From: Candidatus Ornithomonoglobus sp. | GTDB lineage: Bacteria; Bacillota; Clostridia; UBA1381 | Reading direction: 5' to 3' | DNA length: 64,000 nt | Assembly (NCBI GenBank): GCA_045649185.1 | Contig: JAZRPM010000008.1 | Span: forward strand, 7,856-71,855 | In this document: one piece after another, positions 57,196 to 64,000 of the stretch | How positions within the stretch are numbered: position 1 is the stretch's first letter | Layout: every line of letters starts with the position of its first letter | Program-made: the position numbers and the translations under genes | The notes under the pieces: model-generated | Databases searched by the model: none | Seen by the model: only the letters and a program-made list of their open reading frames with translations | Told to the model about the DNA's origin: nothing

Positions 57196-57674
57196 TGAAC
57201 AGAATCAATATAACGATAAACTCAAGAGTATATACGGTAGTAGCAGAAGAAGAGGAAACATACTTGAAGCGTCTTTGTGACTACGTAAACGAAAAAGTTA
57301 AGCTTGTCATTAACGAGGGCACGCACGTAATGGGCGAAAAACCGTTGGTGCTTGCTGCACTTAATATATGCGACGAATATTTTAAACTTCTTGACAGCAC
57401 AAACCCGGTACAGAACATATCAGAGATTATAGCAAAGAACAAACAGCTTGAAGCAGAGTTACGTGAACTCCGTAAAGACGGTGGCAATGCGGCGGAGAAG
57501 ATAGAAGAATTAAAATCCGAAGCCGCACTTGCAGAAAAGATGTTTGATGAAACCGAGGAAAAGGTTAAATTCCTTGAAGGTCAGATTCGTCTTATGGAAA
57601 CCCGTCTTAAGCAGCAGCGTGGCGAGTTTGCAATAAGAGAAAAAGAACTGCTTGATATGCTCGAAAGTAAATAA
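57195..57674 (+). CDS. zapA: cell division protein ZapA
   Basis: INITINSRVYTVVAEEEETYLKRLCDYVNEKV is the ZapA N-terminal domain, followed by a coiled coil. Confidence 0.85.
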   Translation: MNRINITINSRVYTVVAEEEETYLKRLCDYVNEKVKLVINEGTHVMGEKPLVLAALNICDEYFKLLDSTNPVQNISEIIAKNKQLEAELRELRKDGGNAAEKIEELKSEAALAEKMFDETEEKVKFLEGQIRLMETRLKQQRGEFAIREKELLDMLESK

Positions 57675-57677
57675 TAT

Positions 57678-59750
57678 ATGAAAAACAGAATGGAGCTTTT
57701 GGCACCTGCAGGCGGATTGCGTGAGCTTAAAGCCGCAGTCGGGTCGGGTGCAGATGCAGTATATATGGGCGCAACTGCGTTCTCTGCACGTGCAGGGGCA
57801 GGCAATTTCACAGAAGAAGAAATGCGTGAGGCGGTTTCTTTTGCACATACCTACGGCGTAAAAGTGCATTGTGCGATTAACACGCTTATAAAAGAGACCG
57901 AGCTTTGTGATGCTGTTTCTACGGCAGTCCTTGCCGCAAAATGTGGTGTTGATGCACTGATAATACAGGACATAGGCTTTGCCGGACATATAAGAAAAGT
58001 TTTGCCGGATATAGAGCTTCATGCCAGCACACAAATGACGGTAACCTCACTTGAAGGCGTGAGATACCTTGAAAAAATGGGTTTTTCACGTGTGGTGCTT
58101 GCCCGTGAGCTTTCACTTAGTGAAATAGAATACATTGCAAAAAATGCGAATGCAGAAATAGAGGTATTTGTGCATGGTGCGATATGTGTTTGCTATTCGG
58201 GGCAGTGTCTTATGTCGAGCATTCTCGGCGGAAGAAGCGGAAACCGTGGCAGGTGTGCACAGCCGTGCCGTCTACCGTATGAGCTTACGGAGGGTGAAAA
58301 AATCTGTGGAAGCGGATACATTTTAAGTCCGAAAGACATGGCACTTATAAAACATTTAGACAAGCTTAATAAGGCGGGCGTTGCGTCGCTCAAAATAGAA
58401 GGCAGACTAAAAAGTGCCGAGTATGTGAGTGCAGTAGTCGGGGTGTACAGAAAATATCTTGACAGTAATCGTGCAGTAACCGATGAGGATATGTCAGAGC
58501 TTAAAAACGCATTTTCACGTTCAGGCTTTACTGATGGATATCTTACCGGAAAGCTTGGCAAGGAAATGATGTCACACAAAAACCCTGCCAATAACTCCGG
58601 CAGTACATTTACACCTGAGGCGAAATTACGTGCCGAGGGAAAGGTTGTAAGAAAAATTCCTGCAGACATATATGCGTCCCTTAATGACGGTGATGTATTC
58701 CGTGTTACAGTGTGTCTGGAAAACGGTGTATGTGCATCGGCTGAGGGAGAAGTCGTGGCAGAGCGTGCAATAAACCGACCGCTTGACAGGTCACGTATAG
58801 AAGAACAGTTAAGAAAGCTTGGCGACACGCCTTTTGAGGCGGTGTCGGTTACGGTTGATGCAGAGGACGGAATTACCGTCCCCATAAAAGAGATAAACGA
58901 AACACGCAGAACTGTCTGTGAAATGCTTATAGCAGAACTTGCAAGGACCGACGAAAAACAGATTAAAGACGTACCGCTTGACTTGGGTAAAAAGATAACG
59001 GAGCCGAATGTACATCTCACAGCCGGCGTAAGAACTTTAAGTCAGGGCAAGGCAGTTATAAAGGCGGGCGGAATTAAAAGGATATATGCCTCCCCTGATG
59101 TTGCAAAAGAATTACTGCCCATTTGCACAGACACGGAGATTGTTTCGGTGCCATCTGATATATTCACAGGCGAGGAAGTAAAAACAGAAAGTGTTTCGGT
59201 GTCTTCACCTGCAGATATATACAAGTATAAAGAAAAAGCAAAATACGGAGAGTGGCGTCTTAATGTCTATAACTCGCTCTCTGTTAAAGAATATAAAAAC
59301 CTTAACTGCATAACGCTGTCACCAGAGCTTAATTTAAGCGAAATCAAAACAGTGGCAGAGCACACAGAGGGGACACAAACAGAAATAATCGGTTACGGAC
59401 ACCTTCCGCTTATGATTATGAAAAACTGTCCCATTAAGGCTATGGGCAAATGCCAGAACGGCAAAGACCTGTATCAATTAAGGGACAGAAAAGGAATGAA
59501 GTTCCCGATAATATGCCAAAAAGGTTGCAGAGCACAGCTCATCAACTCCAAACCGATTTATACAGCAGATATGATTGACGAAATCAAAAATGCAAAGGTT
59601 GATTGTATACGGTTGAACTTTACTGTTGAAACGCCGGATGAATGTGAAAAGGTGGTAAATGTATATAAAAATGCACTTGAGGGTAAAAAGCAACCCGCAA
59701 TGCCTGAGAACACATTCACAAGAGGCCACTTAAAACGAGGCGTTCTCTAA
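57678..59750 (+). CDS. U32 family peptidase (collagenase-like) with a long C-terminal extension
   Basis: MELLAPAGG..AV.SGADAVYMG start and the conserved E..VHGA.C..YSG.C region typical of peptidase U32. 690 aa. Confidence 0.9.
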   Translation: MKNRMELLAPAGGLRELKAAVGSGADAVYMGATAFSARAGAGNFTEEEMREAVSFAHTYGVKVHCAINTLIKETELCDAVSTAVLAAKCGVDALIIQDIGFAGHIRKVLPDIELHASTQMTVTSLEGVRYLEKMGFSRVVLARELSLSEIEYIAKNANAEIEVFVHGAICVCYSGQCLMSSILGGRSGNRGRCAQPCRLPYELTEGEKICGSGYILSPKDMALIKHLDKLNKAGVASLKIEGRLKSAEYVSAVVGVYRKYLDSNRAVTDEDMSELKNAFSRSGFTDGYLTGKLGKEMMSHKNPANNSGSTFTPEAKLRAEGKVVRKIPADIYASLNDGDVFRVTVCLENGVCASAEGEVVAERAINRPLDRSRIEEQLRKLGDTPFEAVSVTVDAEDGITVPIKEINETRRTVCEMLIAELARTDEKQIKDVPLDLGKKITEPNVHLTAGVRTLSQGKAVIKAGGIKRIYASPDVAKELLPICTDTEIVSVPSDIFTGEEVKTESVSVSSPADIYKYKEKAKYGEWRLNVYNSLSVKEYKNLNCITLSPELNLSEIKTVAEHTEGTQTEIIGYGHLPLMIMKNCPIKAMGKCQNGKDLYQLRDRKGMKFPIICQKGCRAQLINSKPIYTADMIDEIKNAKVDCIRLNFTVETPDECEKVVNVYKNALEGKKQPAMPENTFTRGHLKRGVL

Positions 59751-59784
59751 CAGGGCAATAAAAAGGAACACGAAAGGAAAAACT

Positions 59785-60375
59785 ATGTCAGAAATAATTC
59801 TTGCTTCGGCATCGCCAAGACGCCGTGAGCTTATGGCGAATATGGGTCTGGATTTTCGGGTGGTTGTATCTGATGCAGACGAAGAATCCGTGGATTCATC
59901 AGTACCGCCCGGAATATACGTTCAGGAGCTTGCACTTTTAAAAGCGGCGGCGGTGGCAAAGACTATAATTGATAACAAGGATGCGATTGTAATATCCGCC
60001 GATACGATAGTTGTAAAAGACGGCGAGATTTTGGGCAAACCGCAGGATGAAGCAGACGCAAAGCGTATGCTCAAATCACTTTCGGGCAGCGCACATAATG
60101 TATACACCGGCTTTTGCGTAATGCGTCTGTCTGATGCCTTTACGGTTTGTAAAGATGTATCTACCGAAGTCTTTTTTAGAGAGCTTGACGATGAGAAGAT
60201 AGAAAGATATATAAGCACCGGTGAATGTATGGATAAAGCAGGGAGCTATGGGATTCAAGGTCTTGGTGCAATGCTTGTAAGCCATATAGTGGGTGATTAT
60301 TTCAACGTAGTCGGCTTGCCTGTAAGTGAGCTTGCAGACGTGCTTGAAACGGAATTTGATTTTAAACTGATGTAA
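59785..60375 (+). CDS. maf: Maf family nucleoside triphosphate pyrophosphatase (septum formation inhibitor)
   Basis: ILASASPRRRELM, ADTIV and KAGSYGIQG motifs. Lies directly upstream of mreB. Confidence 0.92.
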   Translation: MSEIILASASPRRRELMANMGLDFRVVVSDADEESVDSSVPPGIYVQELALLKAAAVAKTIIDNKDAIVISADTIVVKDGEILGKPQDEADAKRMLKSLSGSAHNVYTGFCVMRLSDAFTVCKDVSTEVFFRELDDEKIERYISTGECMDKAGSYGIQGLGAMLVSHIVGDYFNVVGLPVSELADVLETEFDFKLM

Positions 60376-60397
60376 TAAATTTGGGAGGAAACAACTC

Positions 60398-61411
60398 ATG
60401 GGTATAATGACAAAAGATGTGGCAATTGACCTTGGCACAGCTAACACACTTATATATGTAAAAGGAAAGGGAATCGTGATACGTGAGCCGTCTGTTGTTG
60501 CAATAGACCGTTACACCGGTAAAATCGTGGCAGTAGGCAGTGAAGCCAACCATATGATAGGCAGAACGCCGGATAATATAATGGTAATACGTCCGATGAA
60601 AGACGGAGTAATTGCGGATTTTGACATAACTCAGGCAATGATAAAGCATTTTATACGCAAGGCAAACGTAGTAGGCATTATGAAGCCCAGAGTAGTTGTA
60701 TGCATACCCTCCGGTATAACAGAGGTAGAACGCCGTGCGGTTGAAGAGGCAGTAATGCAGGCAGGTGCAAAAGAGGTTGCACTGATCGAGGAGCCGATGG
60801 CGGCGGCAATCGGCGCAGGCTTACCCGTTAACCGTGCAACAGGCAGTATGGTAATGGATATTGGCGGCGGAACAACAGAGGTTGCAGTTATTTCAATGGG
60901 TGGTATAGTTTCATCACGCTCTATCAGAATAGCCGGTGATGCGTTCGACACGGCAATTATAAACTACCTTAAGAAGAACGTAGAAATAAACGTAGGCGAT
61001 AAGATGGCAGAGGAAATAAAATTTGCTATCGGTTCAGCATACGAGGATGATGACGATGAAGTTTTTGAAGTACGAGGCAGAGACGTAAGAACAGGACTTC
61101 CAAAAACCGTTCAGATACGTGAAAGCCAGATACGTGAGGCGATGAACGAAAATATCCGTGAGATACTCGAGGCTGTAAAGCTTACACTTGAACATACACC
61201 GCCCGAGCTTGCCGCAGACGTAATGGAGCGTGGAATAATGCTCACCGGCGGCGGAGCACTCATAAAAGGTCTTGACCGTCTCCTGACAACTGTAACAAAG
61301 ATCCCTGCACACGTAGCAGAATATCCGCTTGACTGTGTAGCAGTGGGAACCGGCAAAGCACTCGACAATATCAAAGCTTTGCTTGAACGTCGCAGCAGAG
61401 GCATAAACTAA
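60398..61411 (+). CDS. mreB: rod shape-determining protein MreB
   Basis: Actin-fold motifs DLGTANTLIYV, EPMAAAIGAG, DIGGGTTEVAVIS and GIMLTGGGALIKGLD. Confidence 0.97.
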   Translation: MGIMTKDVAIDLGTANTLIYVKGKGIVIREPSVVAIDRYTGKIVAVGSEANHMIGRTPDNIMVIRPMKDGVIADFDITQAMIKHFIRKANVVGIMKPRVVVCIPSGITEVERRAVEEAVMQAGAKEVALIEEPMAAAIGAGLPVNRATGSMVMDIGGGTTEVAVISMGGIVSSRSIRIAGDAFDTAIINYLKKNVEINVGDKMAEEIKFAIGSAYEDDDDEVFEVRGRDVRTGLPKTVQIRESQIREAMNENIREILEAVKLTLEHTPPELAADVMERGIMLTGGGALIKGLDRLLTTVTKIPAHVAEYPLDCVAVGTGKALDNIKALLERRSRGIN

Positions 61412-61433
61412 AGTCTGTGAAAGGAACAGTTAA

Positions 61434-62255
61434 ATGAATTTCTTTTCTAAAAACTGGAAAACAACCATAATAGTAATAGCCGCAATCTCTGCAGGTTGCT
61501 TTGTGTTTGAGCATTTTGCCGGCTTTAACCCTGTAACGACGGTGGTTAACACAGTAGCATCGCCTGTAAAGAACGGTTTTTCATACATCGCACATTCGCT
61601 TGAAAATGCACGTGATTTCATATGGGATATGCGTGCATATAAAGAAGATAACAAGCGTCTTGAGACTGAAAACATAGAACTTAAGCAGGAAGCACGTGAT
61701 ATTAGTGCGTACAAAGAAGAAAACGAGCGTCTTAAGGAACTTCTTGATTTAAGAGACTCGTCTGATGAATTTGTGTCGGTTGCGGCGTCTGTTATCTCGT
61801 CTTCGCAGAACGGATGGTATCAGACGATAGAACTCAACAAAGGCACATTAAACGGTGTGCGTGAGGGCTGTGCGGTTATAACCCCCGAGGGTGTTGTAGG
61901 AACAGTCACCGAAGCAGGTCCGAGCTATTCAATAGTTACAACGATCCTTGATAAATCCTCGGTAACAGGAATAAAAGTTTCAAGAACAGAGGGTACGGGT
62001 CTTGTTGAGGGTGATGACGAGTTTGCAAAGAAACATAAATGTAAACTGTCATTCCTTGACCGTGACACGCCGGTTATAGTCGGAGATATAATTGAAACCT
62101 CCGGAAGCGGCGGAATGTATCCGTCAGGCCTTGTAATAGGCACGGTTGTGAGCGTGTCAGCCAACAGCGCCGGAACGCTCAACTATGCAGAAATTGACCC
62201 GGCAGTAGACTTTTCGGCATTACGGCACGTGCTTGTAATTGTCGGAAACAAATAA
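61434..62255 (+). CDS. mreC: rod shape-determining protein MreC
   Basis: N-terminal TM, a coiled coil (ENIELKQE..ENERLKELL), and C-terminal beta domains (VVGTVTEAG, SGGMYPSGLVIGTV). Confidence 0.9.
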   Translation: MNFFSKNWKTTIIVIAAISAGCFVFEHFAGFNPVTTVVNTVASPVKNGFSYIAHSLENARDFIWDMRAYKEDNKRLETENIELKQEARDISAYKEENERLKELLDLRDSSDEFVSVAASVISSSQNGWYQTIELNKGTLNGVREGCAVITPEGVVGTVTEAGPSYSIVTTILDKSSVTGIKVSRTEGTGLVEGDDEFAKKHKCKLSFLDRDTPVIVGDIIETSGSGGMYPSGLVIGTVVSVSANSAGTLNYAEIDPAVDFSALRHVLVIVGNK

Positions 62256-62271
62256 GAAAGGAACCCGGAAA

Positions 62272-62781
62272 ATGAAGAAAATAAGGCTTGTTTTATGGGT
62301 TTTTGTTCTTTATATAATACAGAATGTGTTTTATCCCATTATGAGTATATCAGGGCTGGTGCCCGACCTTATCCTTGGCTTCACGGTTGCGTATTCGTGT
62401 ATAGAACCGAGGTTTAAAAAGCTCTCGCCACTGATAATTATATGTGCAATAATCGCAGGCACAGGCACAGGCCGTGTATTTTCAATCGTAACGCTATTTA
62501 CGGGATTAGCAGGCATTGCATCATATCTTATGTGCAGTTATATGCCGTTTATACCCAAAATCCTGCGTGTTTTGCTAATAACACTCCTAGGCGCATATCT
62601 TGCAGGTGTTGCGGAATGTTTTGTGCTCACAAAAGCATTGACATATGCATTTCTTGCAGGACCGGCGTTATGGCAGGCGATATACACAGCAATTGTTTCG
62701 TGTATAATATATCTGATATTGAACAGATCAGTAAACAAAAACACTCAAAAGAAGATACTTATAGCACAGGAAAGGAACTAA
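62272..62781 (+). CDS. mreD: rod shape-determining protein MreD
   Basis: Small polytopic membrane protein immediately after mreC. ATG 62272 follows AAGAAAGGAAC; the ORF opens at TTG 62239. Confidence 0.75.
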   Translation: MKKIRLVLWVFVLYIIQNVFYPIMSISGLVPDLILGFTVAYSCIEPRFKKLSPLIIICAIIAGTGTGRVFSIVTLFTGLAGIASYLMCSYMPFIPKILRVLLITLLGAYLAGVAECFVLTKALTYAFLAGPALWQAIYTAIVSCIIYLILNRSVNKNTQKKILIAQERN

Positions 62782-62787
62782 GAGTCT

Positions 62788-64000
62788 ATGCGCAACAGCA
62801 GATACAGGTTTCTGATGTTAAAAATAGTTGCATTCGTTATGCTTGTACTGATAGCTGTACGTCTTTTTTCGATGCAGATAATAGACGGAGAGGTATATGA
62901 TGAAACTGCGACATCAAGAGTTTCGACTAGCATCAGGACAAAAGCACCCAGAGGCGATATTCTTGACAAATACGGAAAAGTTCTCGTTACCAACAAAATA
63001 GGATATTCAATCCAACTGCAAAAAACAAGCAGTGACGATGCAGTAATAAACAAAACTATCGGCGAGGTTGCGGATATACTTATAAAAACCGACAGCACAG
63101 CGGTTAATTCATTACCCATTTCAGTTGAGTCACCGTATAAATTCGAGTTCGAGGACGAAAACGACAACGGCAAAGTTTCAGACGAAAAAGCAAAATGGTT
63201 CAGAAACAACAAATATGGTGGCCGTATAAAAACGTCGATGAGTGCAGAAAAAGTAATAAAATCACTCTGCGAGTTGTACGGAATATACGGTGATATAAAC
63301 AGCGAGCGTATTAGAATGATAGTAGGTATGCGTTATGAAGCCGATATTAAAGATTTTTCGGCAGTAACGCCCGTAACAATAGCAGAGGACATAAGTGCTG
63401 AGGCAGTAACTGCAATCAGGAGCAAACGTGAAGGTATAGACGGAGTTACAGTTGCAGAGGACTATGTACGAACATATACCGAGCCCGGTTTTGCGACTCA
63501 TATACTCGGTAGAGCCGCACAGATTTCAGACGCCGAGTACGAAAAGAACAAAGCAAATGGTTATGGCATAAACGATATAATCGGTAAGCAGGGTATTGAG
63601 CGTTGGGCAGAAAGTTATCTGCGTGGACGTGACGGCATCGAGGGAACATATGCAGAGATAGACGGCGAAAAGGTCGAGCTGTCAAAGGCAAAAGAGCCGG
63701 TGCCCGGCAACTATGTAATGCTTACAATAGATTCAGAACTTCAGAAAACGCTGGAGCAGTCCCTTGAATCGACCATAAAAGCAATAGGCAATGACTGTGA
63801 TTCGGGCGGTGCGGTGGTTCTTGATGTAAACACAGGCGACACGCTTGCTATTGCGTCATATCCGACATATGATATGACGACATTTAACGAAGACTATTCA
63901 AAGCTAATAGAGAACAAGGCAAATCCGATGCTTAACCGTGCAGTTTCAGGTCTATACAGCCCGGGTTCTACTTTTAAGCCGTTAACGGCAATAGCCGGAA
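62788..64000 (+). CDS. mrdA: penicillin-binding protein 2 (elongation transpeptidase), N-terminal ~404 aa, cut by the window edge
   Basis: Absent from the ORF track because it is open-ended. Reads MRNSRYRFLMLKIVAFVMLVLIAVRLFSMQIIDGEVY...APRGDILDKYGKVLV and reaches the active-site SPGSTFKP at 63961-63984. Confidence 0.9.
   Translation, partial: MRNSRYRFLMLKIVAFVMLVLIAVRLFSMQIIDGEVYDETATSRVSTSIRTKAPRGDILDKYGKVLVTNKIGYSIQLQKTSSDDAVINKTIGEVADILIKTDSTAVNSLPISVESPYKFEFEDENDNGKVSDEKAKWFRNNKYGGRIKTSMSAEKVIKSLCELYGIYGDINSERIRMIVGMRYEADIKDFSAVTPVTIAEDISAEAVTAIRSKREGIDGVTVAEDYVRTYTEPGFATHILGRAAQISDAEYEKNKANGYGINDIIGKQGIERWAESYLRGRDGIEGTYAEIDGEKVELSKAKEPVPGNYVMLTIDSELQKTLEQSLESTIKAIGNDCDSGGAVVLDVNTGDTLAIASYPTYDMTTFNEDYSKLIENKANPMLNRAVSGLYSPGSTFKPLTAIAG

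Noticed and set aside
1-64000. Search for CRISPR arrays, transposases, integrases, prophage genes, toxin-antitoxin pairs or known defence-system genes.
   Set aside because: I found no regularly spaced direct repeats and no ORF with recombinase, transposase, nuclease-helicase or other defence signatures. Nearly every ORF longer than 100 aa is explained by a housekeeping family, so the window reads as core chromosome.

Overview
This window is an origin-proximal, mostly housekeeping chromosome segment of a spore-forming Firmicute. It looks Clostridia-like, but the taxon cannot be verified from here. The order from left to right is:
- the first ~290 codons of dnaA (minus strand, cut by the window edge), an AT-rich secreted-protein gene and an SDR gene;
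- a 358-bp non-coding gap packed with DnaA-box-like 9-mers, then trmK-nif3-rho;
- an AraC-linked oxidoreductase cluster;
- a tightly packed soj-spo0J-DUF4446-x-serS operon with two perfect parS sites;
- a gerA-type germinant-receptor operon and RNase P RNA (rnpB);
- a long minus-strand block (two unknown genes, O-methyltransferase, mltG, amidohydrolase, trxB, DnaD-domain protein, TIM-barrel isomerase, Fe-ADH/G1P-dehydrogenase-like gene) with a divergent DeoR regulator;
- rpoB-rpoC, without flanking ribosomal-protein operons;
- a YbjQ-like gene, mscL and the distal dcw genes (ylmE/sepF/ylmH/divIVA);
- patatin and C69 dipeptidase genes, then tRNA-Lys(CUU) followed by a tRNA-Lys fragment;
- a potA-potB-potC::potD polyamine ABC operon behind a ~370-nt structured leader, then EamA, NfeD/SPFH and a DD-carboxypeptidase;
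- a two-component system, gerM-zapA-U32-maf-mreBCD and the start of PBP2 (cut by the right edge).

I saw no CRISPR array, transposase, integrase, phage or recognisable defence genes, so this reads as a core region rather than an accessory island.

The items most worth follow-up are:
1. the unclassified attenuator-type leader, with a possible leaderless 45-codon uORF, upstream of potA;
2. the DnaA-box cluster displaced ~2 kb from dnaA, with an accompanying AATGGCTTA repeat;
3. the ~100-aa segment in RpoC where Bacillus has about a dozen residues;
4. the PotC-PotD fusion;
5. the tRNA-Lys remnant.

All functional calls come from reading motifs by eye and from recalled family signatures. No database search was possible.
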